From NCBI GenBank assembly GCA_947502765.1, contig CANNBA010000003.1:50236-114235 (forward strand): a stretch of 64,000 nt of DNA. Direction: 5' to 3'. The stretch's first letter is position 1, and the number at the start of each line of letters is the position of its first letter. This document shows positions 1 to 9,164 of the stretch, in pieces. This DNA comes from Flavobacteriales bacterium (GTDB lineage Bacteria; Bacteroidota; Bacteroidia; Flavobacteriales; BACL11). Below the pieces are notes generated by a model. The model was not told where the DNA came from. It was given only the letters and a program-made list of their open reading frames with translations, and searched no databases. The position numbers were made by a program, and so were the translations under genes.

Positions 1-2
1 TA

Positions 3-1202
3 GAATACAACATTTTATTAGACAATCCTGGAGCTAAAAAACCTTATGTGACTAAGATCCCTAGTAGCGGACAGGAAGCTTTAACTAACAACCCTGTGAG
101 TATTCCTATGGATATGAGTAGTGGCTCTGCAATCAGAAATCCTTTTATTATACCTGGTTTACAAAAAATAAACATCAACCCTCAATTAAACGAATCCTAC
201 ACTTTTGATGCCTTTATTGAAGGAGACTGTAACAGATTAGCGCGTTCAGCAGGATATGCTGTATCACAAAATCCTGGAGGAACATCATTTAATCCACTAT
301 TTATTTATGGAAGTGGAGGTTTAGGAAAAACGCACTTAGCAAATGCTATTGGTATTGAGGTAAAAAACGAACACCCAGAAAAGATAGTTTTATATGTTTC
401 CGCTGATAAATTCCAAACCCAATTTGTGGATGCTATAATGGACAACAAAAAAAATGACTTTGTTCATTTTTATCAATCAATTGATGTGTTGATTATTGAT
501 GATGTACAATTCTTATGTGGAAAAGAAAAAACACAAGATGTTTTCTTCCATATTTTTAATCATCTGCATCAAAATAAAAAACAAGTCATCTTAACTTCTG
601 ACAAAGCTCCTGTAGATATAGTGGGCATGGAACAAAGACTCTTATCTCGTTTTAAATGGGGATTATCAGCTGATTTACAATCACCCGACTTGGAAACACG
701 TTTGGCTATTTTGAAGAAAAAAATCAAACAAGATGGTATTGAGATCCCTTATGAGGTTGTAGAATATATTGCTTACTCCATCACTTCAAATGTAAGAGAA
801 CTAGAAGGAGCTTTAATTTCACTTTTAGCACAATCTTCACTAAACAAGAAAGAAATCACTATTGATTTAGCAAAAAATATGCTCGATAAATTTGTTAAAA
901 ATACTGTTAGAGAAGTGTCTATTGACTTTATCCAAAAAGTTATTTGCGATTATTTTGACATTCCTATTGAGACCATGAAATCAAAAACAAGAAAGAGAGA
1001 AATTGTACAGTGCAGACAATTAGCAATGTATTTTTCTAAGCAAATGACAAAAAACTCATTAGCTATGATAGGAAAACACTGTGGAAACAAAGATCATGCT
1101 ACTGTATTACACGCTTGTAAAACGGTAAACAACTTAGCCGATACCGACAAACGCTTCAAAGGATACCTAGTTGATATTGAAAAGAAACTAAGCCTTTCTT
1201 AA
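3..1202 (+). CDS. dnaA: Chromosomal replication initiator DnaA (5'-truncated by window edge)
   Basis: The reading frame is open from nt 3, with no stop upstream of the GTG at 48, so the N-terminus lies outside the window. AAA+ Walker A is GSGGLGKTHL and Walker B is VLIIDDVQF. The C-terminal DnaA-box-binding HTH is present (RKREIVQCRQLAMYF...KDHATVLHACK). Confidence 0.95.
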   Translation, partial: EYNILLDNPGAKKPYVTKIPSSGQEALTNNPVSIPMDMSSGSAIRNPFIIPGLQKININPQLNESYTFDAFIEGDCNRLARSAGYAVSQNPGGTSFNPLFIYGSGGLGKTHLANAIGIEVKNEHPEKIVLYVSADKFQTQFVDAIMDNKKNDFVHFYQSIDVLIIDDVQFLCGKEKTQDVFFHIFNHLHQNKKQVILTSDKAPVDIVGMEQRLLSRFKWGLSADLQSPDLETRLAILKKKIKQDGIEIPYEVVEYIAYSITSNVRELEGALISLLAQSSLNKKEITIDLAKNMLDKFVKNTVREVSIDFIQKVICDYFDIPIETMKSKTRKREIVQCRQLAMYFSKQMTKNSLAMIGKHCGNKDHATVLHACKTVNNLADTDKRFKGYLVDIEKKLSLS

Positions 1203-1206
1203 AAAC

Positions 1207-1656
1207 ATGAAAATCTTAATGGTTTGTTTAGGAAATATCTGCCGATCTCCACTTGCAGAAGGTATTTTAACATCTAAAACTCAACATCTAAAGCTAAAAG
1301 TTGATTCTGCAGGAACAGCCGGCTATCATATTGGATCACTTACTGATAGCAGATCAATAGAGATAGCGGATAAATACAATATTGATTTAAGAAATCAAAG
1401 AGCAAGACAATTTAGTAGCGCTGATTTTGAGGAATTTGATATCATCTATGCTATGGATGCTAATAATTACGGGCATTTAATAGCGCTTGCCAAAAATCAA
1501 AAAGAAAGAGGAAAAGTTCGCATGATCTTGAATGAAATAAATCCAGGTCTTTGCGAATCTGTACCCGACCCATATTATGGAGGTGATAATGGATTTCAAA
1601 AAGTTTATGATATGCTCGATAAAGCTTGCGACAAAATAGTAACTCAAATTGGATAA
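1207..1656 (+). CDS. Low-molecular-weight protein-tyrosine phosphatase
   Basis: N-terminal CX5R(S) P-loop (VCLGNICRSPLAEG) and Asp loop VPDPYYG. Length is 149 aa. There is a 4-nt gap after dnaA. Confidence 0.88.
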   Translation: MKILMVCLGNICRSPLAEGILTSKTQHLKLKVDSAGTAGYHIGSLTDSRSIEIADKYNIDLRNQRARQFSSADFEEFDIIYAMDANNYGHLIALAKNQKERGKVRMILNEINPGLCESVPDPYYGGDNGFQKVYDMLDKACDKIVTQIG

Positions 1657-2353
1657 AGGAAAATTATATCTCATTCCTACTATTTTAGGAGAGGGAACTC
1701 AAGAATCAACACTACCCTCTACTATTTTAAAAGCAATAAAAGAAATTGATGTTTTTATTGTAGAAAATTTAAGAACCGCTAGAAGGCATATTAGAAAGCT
1801 TGATAGAGAGAAAAATATAGATGCTACAACTTTTTACTCTTACGGAAAGTACGATACTTTAAATTTAGAGCAAGATTTTTTGCCCCATATTTTATCCGGT
1901 CAAAACGTAGGATTACTGTCTGAGGCCGGCTTACCTTGTGTGGCTGACCCTGGCTCAAAAATTGTAGCGTATGCTCACGATTTTCAAATTGATGTAGTGC
2001 CTTTTGTAGGTCCTTCATCCATATTATTAGCACTAATGGCATCTGGATTAAATGGTCAAAATTTCGCTTTTACTGGATATCTACCTATTGATAAACCCGA
2101 GAGAACAAAGATTATAAAACAATTAGAAGAATTAGTAAAAAAAACAGGCCAAACTCAGATTTTTATGGAAACACCATACAGAAATAACCAATTAATTGAG
2201 ACCCTATTAAAAACATGCAGTAATAACACAAAACTCTGCACGGCAAGTGATATTACCCTACCTACTGAAAATATCAAAACCAAAACAATTGCCGAGTGGA
2301 AGCAAACAAAGATTAATCTTGATAAAAAACCAACCATTTTCTTAATAGGATAA
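1649..2353 (+). CDS. SAM-dependent methyltransferase, tetrapyrrole-methylase (RsmI-related) fold
   Basis: The N-terminus (GKLYLIPTILGEG), GLLSEAGLPCVADPG and the overall length resemble the TP_methylase/RsmI-like family. It has a TTG start that overlaps the preceding stop. Confidence 0.7.
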   Translation: MDKGKLYLIPTILGEGTQESTLPSTILKAIKEIDVFIVENLRTARRHIRKLDREKNIDATTFYSYGKYDTLNLEQDFLPHILSGQNVGLLSEAGLPCVADPGSKIVAYAHDFQIDVVPFVGPSSILLALMASGLNGQNFAFTGYLPIDKPERTKIIKQLEELVKKTGQTQIFMETPYRNNQLIETLLKTCSNNTKLCTASDITLPTENIKTKTIAEWKQTKINLDKKPTIFLIG

Positions 2354-2402
2354 TTGGATTTTGCAGCAAGTAGCTCGAGCCTAAGTTGAGGCTATTTTTA
2401 TA

Positions 2403-2410
2403 TATCTTTG
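2403..2410 (+). promoter_or_regulatory. Candidate Bacteroidota -7 promoter box (TATCTTTG = TAnnTTTG), 4 nt upstream of ATG 2415
   Basis: Exact match to the TAnnTTTG consensus in the 61-nt gap upstream of the FtsB-like gene. The spacing implies a leaderless or near-leaderless transcript. Confidence 0.4.
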
Positions 2411-2414
2411 CCAT

Positions 2415-2732
2415 ATGGAGAAAGTCAAAAACTTTATACATAATATACCAGCCCCTTTTAAGAATAAGTATCTCATAACATTGGTTTTTTTTGCTTTTTG
2501 GATTGTTTTTATTGATGATTACAACCTCATAAAACAATATCAATTACAAAAAGATGTAGAGGAACTTGAAAATCAAAAAAAATACTATCTTTCTGAAATA
2601 AAAAAAGACAGTGCTGAATTTTATCACCTAAAAAACATAAAGACGGAACAAGAACGGTTTGCAAGAGAAAAATTCTTGATGAAAAAAGACAATGAAGATG
2701 TTTTTATCATAAGAAAAAAGCAAGATGAATAG
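2415..2732 (+). CDS. FtsB/DivIC-like septum formation initiator
   Basis: 105 aa with a single N-terminal TM segment ([15 protein letters not shown]) followed by a coiled-coil-like segment ([22 protein letters not shown]). Confidence 0.65.
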   Translation: MEKVKNFIHNIPAPFKNKYLITLVFFAFWIVFIDDYNLIKQYQLQKDVEELENQKKYYLSEIKKDSAEFYHLKNIKTEQERFAREKFLMKKDNEDVFIIRKKQDE

Positions 2733-5730
2733 ATTATTTATTGATTTTGATCCTGTTTCAAAAAATAAATGGCTAGAACAAATAGATAGTGATCTAAAAG
2801 GAAATACAGAAAAACTAATTTCAACAGTTGAAGGAATAACAATACAGCCAATTTATCATGCTGATGATAACTTCAAAACATATAATAGTAATTTTCCATC
2901 AAATTGGGAAACATATCAGCTCATAGATGCCACAAATGCAAAGGAAGCAAATAAAAGAGCTTTAAATGCTTTGCAAAATGATGTAAGTGGTCTGTGTTTT
3001 TCTAATCCAAATAACTTAGATGTACTATTAAAGGATATCTCCATTGAACATATAAGAATTGATTTTTCAAATTACTCTGAGAATTTTCCTTTAGAGTGGG
3101 AACACTTAACAATTAACAAAAATGTAAAAGGAGCTTTTCATGGCACAACAAAAATTAATATTCCAAATTATTTAGATACTATTTTTACTCAAGGTACGGC
3201 CAAAGAACAAATAATTGATGCACTTGAAAAAGGACAAAAAGCAAGCAAAAAAGTACAATTTCATTTTAAAATTGGAAGTGATTACTTCTTAGAAATAGCA
3301 AAACTAAAAGCATTTAGAATACTGTGGAAAAGCAAAACTGGAGAAGATGCTTACATATTTACTTCAACCGATACATCAAATAAAAAAGAAGAATCTGCTT
3401 ATAATAATATACTTAGAAGCACTACCGAATGTATGTCTGCTATTTTTGGTGGTGCAAATGCTATTATGCTTAATGCTTACAATTCAAGCTTTGAAAAAAG
3501 CACTAATTTTTCAGAAAGAATTGCTAGAAATCAGCAAACCATATTAAGAAAAGAAAGCTATCTTGACAAAGTAGAAGACCCCACAAAAGGATCCTATTAT
3601 ATTGATTATTTAATTCAGGAATTATTACAAGATTTTAAAATTCAATCTGAAAAAGAAGAAAAAAAAGCTACTACAAAATGGGAAAGCTCTGAAGGAATTG
3701 AAATACACAATAGATACACTAAAGATGATATCTCCAATACTGAGCATCTAAATTTTGTTGCTGGAATTGCTCCAAATCTCAGAGGCCCCTATTCTACTAT
3801 GTATGTAATGCAGCCCTGGACTATTAGACAATATGCTGGTTTTTCAACTGCTGAGGCTTCAAATGAATTTTATAGAAAAAATTTAGCTGGTGGTCAAAAA
3901 GGACTATCAGTTGCTTTTGATTTAGCCACTCATAGAGGCTATGATTCTAATCATGAGAGAGTAATTGGTGATGTTGGAATGGCTGGAGTTTCTATTGATA
4001 CTGTGGAAGATATGAAAATTCTCTTTGATAAAATTCCATTAGATGAAATGTCCGTTTCTATGACTATGAATGGTGCAGTGCTTCCTATTCTAGCTTTTTA
4101 CATTGTGGCAGCAAAAGAACAAGGCGTTAGTCTAGAGCAACTTTCAGGAACTATACAAAATGATATTTTAAAAGAATTTATGGTGCGTAACACTTATATC
4201 TACCCGCCACAACATTCTATGAGAATTATTTCAGATATTTTTGAATATACTTCAGAAAATATGCCAAAATTCAATAGCATTTCAGTTTCTGGATATCACA
4301 TGCAAGAAGCGGGAGCAACAGCCGATATTGAACTTGCCTATACTTTAGCAGATGGACTAGAATACATCCGAACAGGTATTAAAGCAGGATTAGATATTGA
4401 CTCTTTTGCTCCAAGAATCTCATTTTTTTGGGGTATTGGAATGAATCATTTTATGGAAATTGCTAAGTTGAGAGCAGCTAGAATGCTCTGGGCGAAATTA
4501 GTAGCAGAATTCAAACCAAAAAATCCAAAATCATTAGCATTAAGAACCCATTGCCAAACAAGTGGCTGGAGCTTAACCGAGCAAGATCCTTTTAATAATA
4601 TAACCAGAACTTGTGTGGAAGCCATGGCAGCTGTAATGGGAGGAACACAAAGTTTACACACCAATGCACTTGATGAAGCCATTGCTTTACCAACTGATTT
4701 CTCTGCAAAAATTGCTAGAGATACTCAGATTTTCTTGCAAAAAGAGATCGGAATTTGCAAAACTGTTGATCCCTGGGGAGGATCTTATTATGTTGAGAAA
4801 CTTACAGAGGAATTAACAAATAAAGCTTGGAAACATATACAAGAAATTGAGGAACTTGGGGGAATGGTTAAAGCAATTGAATCAGTAGTTCCAAAAATGA
4901 GGATTGAGCAATCAGCTGCTAAGAAACAAGCTAGAATTGATAGCGGAAAAGACATTATTGTTGGGGTAAATGCCAATAAGTTAATAAAAGAGGATAAAGA
5001 ACTTGAAATACTTGAAATTGATAATACTGCCGTAAGAAATTCGCAAATTAATCGTTTAAAGAGTATTAAAGAATCAAGGGATACTATAAAAGTACAGGAA
5101 GCATTAGAGCAACTTACAAAGGCCTGTACTAACAAAAAGCAAAATCTTTTAAATCTAGCAGTACATGCAACACAGCAAAGAGCAACTCTTGGGGAAATAT
5201 CTGATGCTTTAGAAAAAAGTTTTGGAAGATATATTGCAAAAAATCAAACTATATCAGGAGTATATAAAATGGAAATACAAAACAATGATACTTTTAAAAA
5301 AGCATTGGCATTATCGGATGAATTTGCCAATAAAAAAGGAAGAAGACCAAGAATACTAATTGCCAAAATGGGCCAAGACGGACACGATAGAGGAGCCAAA
5401 ATTGTGGCTACTTCATTTGCCGATTTAGGTTTTGATGTTGATGTAGGTCCTTTGTTTCAAACACCAAAAGAAGCTGCAAAACAAGCAGTAGAAAATGATG
5501 TTCATATTCTAGGAATATCCTCTTTAGCAGCAGGACATAAAACGCTAGTACCACAAGTAATTGCTGCCTTAAAAGAATATCAAAGAGAAGATATATTAGT
5601 AATTGCTGGAGGAGTGATTCCTCAGCAAGATTACAACTTCTTACTAGATGCAGGAGTTAGTGGGATATTTGGTCCAGGAAGTGTAATTGCTGAATCAGCA
5701 ATTGAAATTCTTAAAAAATTAATGAAATAA
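2725..5730 (+). CDS. Methylmalonyl-CoA mutase, single-chain fusion of a MutA-like N-terminal segment with a MutB-type catalytic barrel and B12-binding domain
   Basis: Catalytic part carries [39 protein letters not shown] and [20 protein letters not shown], i.e. the MCM-type Tyr and Arg. The C-terminal cobalamin domain has the DxHxxG motif ([12 protein letters not shown]). The N-terminal ~310 aa are paralogous to the barrel C-terminal half ([14 protein letters not shown] / [14 protein letters not shown]; GSYYIDYL / GSYYVEKL). Confidence 0.9.
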   Translation: MNRLFIDFDPVSKNKWLEQIDSDLKGNTEKLISTVEGITIQPIYHADDNFKTYNSNFPSNWETYQLIDATNAKEANKRALNALQNDVSGLCFSNPNNLDVLLKDISIEHIRIDFSNYSENFPLEWEHLTINKNVKGAFHGTTKINIPNYLDTIFTQGTAKEQIIDALEKGQKASKKVQFHFKIGSDYFLEIAKLKAFRILWKSKTGEDAYIFTSTDTSNKKEESAYNNILRSTTECMSAIFGGANAIMLNAYNSSFEKSTNFSERIARNQQTILRKESYLDKVEDPTKGSYYIDYLIQELLQDFKIQSEKEEKKATTKWESSEGIEIHNRYTKDDISNTEHLNFVAGIAPNLRGPYSTMYVMQPWTIRQYAGFSTAEASNEFYRKNLAGGQKGLSVAFDLATHRGYDSNHERVIGDVGMAGVSIDTVEDMKILFDKIPLDEMSVSMTMNGAVLPILAFYIVAAKEQGVSLEQLSGTIQNDILKEFMVRNTYIYPPQHSMRIISDIFEYTSENMPKFNSISVSGYHMQEAGATADIELAYTLADGLEYIRTGIKAGLDIDSFAPRISFFWGIGMNHFMEIAKLRAARMLWAKLVAEFKPKNPKSLALRTHCQTSGWSLTEQDPFNNITRTCVEAMAAVMGGTQSLHTNALDEAIALPTDFSAKIARDTQIFLQKEIGICKTVDPWGGSYYVEKLTEELTNKAWKHIQEIEELGGMVKAIESVVPKMRIEQSAAKKQARIDSGKDIIVGVNANKLIKEDKELEILEIDNTAVRNSQINRLKSIKESRDTIKVQEALEQLTKACTNKKQNLLNLAVHATQQRATLGEISDALEKSFGRYIAKNQTISGVYKMEIQNNDTFKKALALSDEFANKKGRRPRILIAKMGQDGHDRGAKIVATSFADLGFDVDVGPLFQTPKEAAKQAVENDVHILGISSLAAGHKTLVPQVIAALKEYQREDILVIAGGVIPQQDYNFLLDAGVSGIFGPGSVIAESAIEILKKLMK

Positions 5731-5739
5731 ATTAATAGA

Positions 5740-5756
5740 AATTGAATAATTCAATT
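5740..5756. terminator. Weak AT-only palindrome between convergent genes (possible bidirectional terminator)
   Basis: AATTGAAT-A-ATTCAATT is a perfect inverted repeat in the 27-nt gap between the mutase stop and the stop of the minus-strand T9SS protein. Confidence 0.25.
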
Positions 5757-5757
5757 G

Positions 5758-6543
5758 TTACTCACCAACAATAAATCTTGTTGTCTTTACATCAGATCCA
5801 GAATAAGCATTTAAAAAATAAATACCTTTCTCTAAACTACTAATATCTATTTTTTTGTTATTTGTTCCAGTTGTTGAAAATTTATTTTCTTTAATCTGTA
5901 ATACCTTTTTACCTAAGATATTTACTATCTCAAATCTAATATTATCTGAATTTTTGACTTCATATTGAATATTTAATAAGCCTTTAGCAGGATTTGGAAA
6001 AGTAGATACCTCAAAAATGCTTCTTTTATTCTCATCAATATTTAGAGGGGCAGCTAAAGCATTATTAATAGCTCCTTGCACCCCAATAAATTTGATCTGA
6101 TCATTATTGAGGTTATAGTATACGCTATGGCTACTTCCTCCTAAAACAACTACTTTTGGCATTCCAGCACTGCCATAATCACTCATACTTATAGCACTTG
6201 AAGAAAAAGCAGTATTTAATGGCATACTATTTGAGTTTCCCCAATTAACTAAATTAGCACAAGACGAATTTGCATAATCATCAACTAGATAAAAATCCAC
6301 TATTCCAGGATGGCTTACCGCAAAAGTTTGCGCTGCATCATAAGCCGCAAATGATGGAGTAATACAACCCCCACAAGGCATTACCCAAGCAATAACAATT
6401 ACGTTTCCTTCATCAAGAGAATCGAATAAATTATGTGTAACTCCATCACAATCAGCTGTTGTAAAATCAGTAGCAGTAGTTTGAGCAAATGCAACATTTG
6501 CTACAAGTAATAAGAATAAACTTTTAAAAATATATTTTTTCAT
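5758..6543 (-). CDS. Secreted thioredoxin/TlpA-like CxxC protein with T9SS C-terminal sorting domain
   Basis: Signal peptide (LLLVANVAFAQ). Redoxin-like core (GNVIVIAWVMPCGGC ... MPKVVVLG). C-terminal ~80 aa have typical T9SS CTD features (STFPNPAKGLLNIQYEV...GIYFLNAYSG...TRFIV). Confidence 0.6.
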   Translation of the reverse strand: MKKYIFKSLFLLLVANVAFAQTTATDFTTADCDGVTHNLFDSLDEGNVIVIAWVMPCGGCITPSFAAYDAAQTFAVSHPGIVDFYLVDDYANSSCANLVNWGNSNSMPLNTAFSSSAISMSDYGSAGMPKVVVLGGSSHSVYYNLNNDQIKFIGVQGAINNALAAPLNIDENKRSIFEVSTFPNPAKGLLNIQYEVKNSDNIRFEIVNILGKKVLQIKENKFSTTGTNNKKIDISSLEKGIYFLNAYSGSDVKTTRFIVGE

Positions 6544-6547
6544 GGCT

Positions 6548-6904
6548 TTATTTTTTTTCTATTGGTCGTTCGTATTTACAACAAAAATGAAGATTATTAT
6601 AACTCTCATCTGTTGCTTTATGTAATTCGGTATCATAGCCTACTAAAGCTATAGCTGTCTGTATAGCATCTATATTCGTTAATTCAGGATTAAACTTAAC
6701 CGTCACCTCAGCTTTGGCTTTATCCCATACAGCAGACTTAACCCCATCTACTGATTTTGCTGCTTTTTCAATTGTCGTCTTACACATTCCACAATTGCCC
6801 CAAACTTGAAAGCTTTCTTTTTGATATTTAGGTTTTTCAGCAGTAACTGAAATAGAAAAAAAGGCTAAGCAAATTATTACAAGTAAGTTTTTTAGATGTT
6901 TCAT
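6548..6904 (-). CDS. Exported heavy-metal-associated (HMA) domain protein
   Basis: Signal peptide (MKHLKNLLVIICLAFFSISVTA). HMA fold with metal loop GNCGMCKTTIEKA...VKSAVWDK...AEVTVKF, plus a C-terminal FCC pair. The start is placed at the Met preceding the signal peptide; the ORF track extends to 6937. Confidence 0.75.
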   Translation of the reverse strand: MKHLKNLLVIICLAFFSISVTAEKPKYQKESFQVWGNCGMCKTTIEKAAKSVDGVKSAVWDKAKAEVTVKFNPELTNIDAIQTAIALVGYDTELHKATDESYNNLHFCCKYERPIEKK

Positions 6905-6938
6905 AACTAAATACATTTTAATGCTACAAATATACAAC

Positions 6939-9119
6939 TTAATTTAATTTGTATCTAAAACCAAAATAAAACATTCTCCCATATATTGGGGCGTAAACTA
7001 AAGAGGCATCAAAACCAGGTGAATTTGGATTATTATATGAAAGAATAGGATTTTCCTGAGTATAACTCAAAATATTCTCTACTCCTAAATACACATCAAA
7101 ATCACTGATCTTTTTTGTTACTTGAGCATTGTAAATGTAAAAAGATTTTGAATTCTTATCTTCTTCATCAACAGGAATTCTACTCTCTCCAATGCGATTT
7201 GCAGTAAAATCAAACTTCCATTTTTCAAAATTAGTGGCATATGATAAATTAAGTAAAGCTCTATTTTTGGGTGTTAATGGTGGTATTTTTATATCACCTG
7301 AAAAAGTAGTTTGTACATCATTCATTTTATAAGCCATTTTTACATCAAAACGATTAAACAGTTCATATCCTAAATCGAATTGCAAACTATTGGAATAGGA
7401 AACTCCATCTAAATTATAAAATGAAAGTTCACCTTGGTTCTCAATATCAACCACAATTTGATTTTCAAATTCAGTTCTATAGGCATCAGCATTTATAGTG
7501 CCCTCACGCCCAAAAAACTTAAAACAATATAAAATATTCATCCCATAATTCCAAGCAACCTCAGGTAGCAAGCTGTCAGCAACATTAATTTCTCTTGATG
7601 AAGCTAAGAAATTAGCATTTTCAATAAATACATTTGCTACACGAAAAGCCCTGCCTGCAGAAAAACGAATAGCCGTATTTTCACTAGGATTGTACTTCAT
7701 ATTTAGCCTTGGCAAGTAAAAAAACTCCTCTGTATTATTGTAATAATCAGCCCGCAGACCAGCCGTTAGATTAAAACTTTCTCCCCAATTGTAATTATAT
7801 TCCGAAAACAAACCACTCATTAAATCCATCCTGATTTTATCAGAATACTCTTTATCAATATTCCCTTCAAAACTTTCGGTAAATCTATCGGCATAATAGC
7901 TGATTCCATATTTTAATTTATGATCAGTAGTTCCTAAATAGGTTTGTCTTATAAGATTCAAATAGGCGCTTTCTTGCAATCCTTTATAATTATTTTCTCC
8001 AAAAATAGCTGTTTGATTATGCCTTCTAAATGAGGTTTGTAATCCTACACTTTTACCAGGACTATTTGGCCGAATAGTTCCTGTTTTTGAAGTAAACTCT
8101 ACTAAGTCATTATGAATATCAACTACATAAGAAGAATCACTATTTTTCATAGTTCCTCCTACTCTATCTTCTACCAAGCCTCTTAAGGTAAAACCAATCA
8201 TATACTTCTTATCCTTATATTCCCATCTATTAAGCACATTGACTTGTTTTACTTTTGGCATATCCAAAAAATTGTCTCCATTTTCATCCATTTCTTTATC
8301 AAAATATGAAATATGAGTAAATAGATTCGATTTCCAATTACCCTGTTTTTTAGCTAACAATAAATTGTTCTCGATTCTTCCTTCTGAACTAACAAAACCA
8401 TTCCAAAATATTTTTGGAGCAGATTCTGGCTTATAATATTCCACATTAATTTGACCTGCAAATGATTCAAATCCATTAACAACTGAGCCAGTTCCTTTTA
8501 TTATTTGTATTGACTCTATCCAAGTTCCAGGAACATAACTCAGCCCATAAGAAGAAGACATACCTCTAATTAATGGCATATTTTCTTGAGTAATTTGAGT
8601 GTAAACACCGTCTAAACCCAGCATTTGAATTTGCTTTGCTCCAGAAACTGCATCTGTAAAAATAACATCAACAGTAGCATTTGTAGTAAAACTTTCTGAG
8701 AGATTGCAACAAGCAGCCTTCTCTAATTCGCCTGTGCAAATGGTTTGCATATTGATACTATTCACAGTAGAAAGTTTGGTGGTATTTACCTTTCCTTCAA
8801 TTTGAACGGCATCTAGTTCAATGGTGCTTTTTAAATAAAAAATATATTTATCATCTATAATTTCTTGACTATCGAATGAATAGCCAACATAACTAACGCT
8901 TAAAGTAGCTGGAAAAGATGTTGCTTCATTTATGAAGTAAACCCCATTAATATCTGTAGTTGTTCCTATGTTTGTACCTTCCCAATATACATTTGCTCCA
9001 AAAATAGGTGTAGTTTTGCCATCTTGCGATAATTCCAATACTTTTCCTTCAATTTGATTTTGTGCTTTTAGACCATTACTTGCAATAAGCACTATTGCAA
9101 TCATTATTATTTTTTTCAT
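6939..9119 (-). CDS. TonB-dependent outer-membrane receptor (CarbopepD_reg N-terminal domain)
   Basis: Signal peptide, then carboxypeptidase-regulatory-like domain (IEGKVLE...GANVYWEGTNIGTTTDINGVYF). Plug segment (GAKQIQMLGLDGVYTQI). Barrel with terminal aromatic (...FYFGFRYKLN). Confidence 0.9.
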   Translation of the reverse strand: MKKIIMIAIVLIASNGLKAQNQIEGKVLELSQDGKTTPIFGANVYWEGTNIGTTTDINGVYFINEATSFPATLSVSYVGYSFDSQEIIDDKYIFYLKSTIELDAVQIEGKVNTTKLSTVNSINMQTICTGELEKAACCNLSESFTTNATVDVIFTDAVSGAKQIQMLGLDGVYTQITQENMPLIRGMSSSYGLSYVPGTWIESIQIIKGTGSVVNGFESFAGQINVEYYKPESAPKIFWNGFVSSEGRIENNLLLAKKQGNWKSNLFTHISYFDKEMDENGDNFLDMPKVKQVNVLNRWEYKDKKYMIGFTLRGLVEDRVGGTMKNSDSSYVVDIHNDLVEFTSKTGTIRPNSPGKSVGLQTSFRRHNQTAIFGENNYKGLQESAYLNLIRQTYLGTTDHKLKYGISYYADRFTESFEGNIDKEYSDKIRMDLMSGLFSEYNYNWGESFNLTAGLRADYYNNTEEFFYLPRLNMKYNPSENTAIRFSAGRAFRVANVFIENANFLASSREINVADSLLPEVAWNYGMNILYCFKFFGREGTINADAYRTEFENQIVVDIENQGELSFYNLDGVSYSNSLQFDLGYELFNRFDVKMAYKMNDVQTTFSGDIKIPPLTPKNRALLNLSYATNFEKWKFDFTANRIGESRIPVDEEDKNSKSFYIYNAQVTKKISDFDVYLGVENILSYTQENPILSYNNPNSPGFDASLVYAPIYGRMFYFGFRYKLN

Positions 9120-9164
9120 TTCTATTATTTAAGATTACTATTCAATTAAAAATTGAACAACATC

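Noticed and set aside
1-2414. Search for oriC (DnaA boxes plus an AT-rich unwinding element) next to dnaA.
   Set aside because: There is no non-coding space downstream of dnaA, because genes follow with a 4-nt gap and an 8-nt overlap. The upstream side lies outside the window, so nothing can be said from this sequence.
4446-5135. Two antisense ORFs (78 and 115 aa) inside the mutase gene, plus similar embedded ORFs at 14992-15327 and 26868-27197.
   Set aside because: All are antisense to genes with clear catalytic motifs. They are Ser/Leu/Ile/Phe-rich with no motifs and no free-standing regulatory signals.
2725-5730. Possibility that the 1001-aa mutase is an IcmF-type (isobutyryl-CoA mutase-MeaB) fusion.
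   Set aside because: The domain order is wrong, because the B12 domain is C-terminal and there is no G-protein P-loop module. The substrate-specifying Tyr (RQYAGF) and Arg (MVRNTY) are of the methylmalonyl type.
6905-6937. N-terminal extensions proposed by the ORF track: HMA gene to 6937, carboxyltransferase TTG 34711, recQ TTG 55863 and uvrA TTG 44543.
   Set aside because: The extensions precede the signal peptide (HMA gene) or fall inside or upstream of the predicted -7 promoter box (carboxyltransferase, recQ). For uvrA the adjacent ATG is the more conventional start. Downstream ATG codons give conventional N-termini in all four cases.
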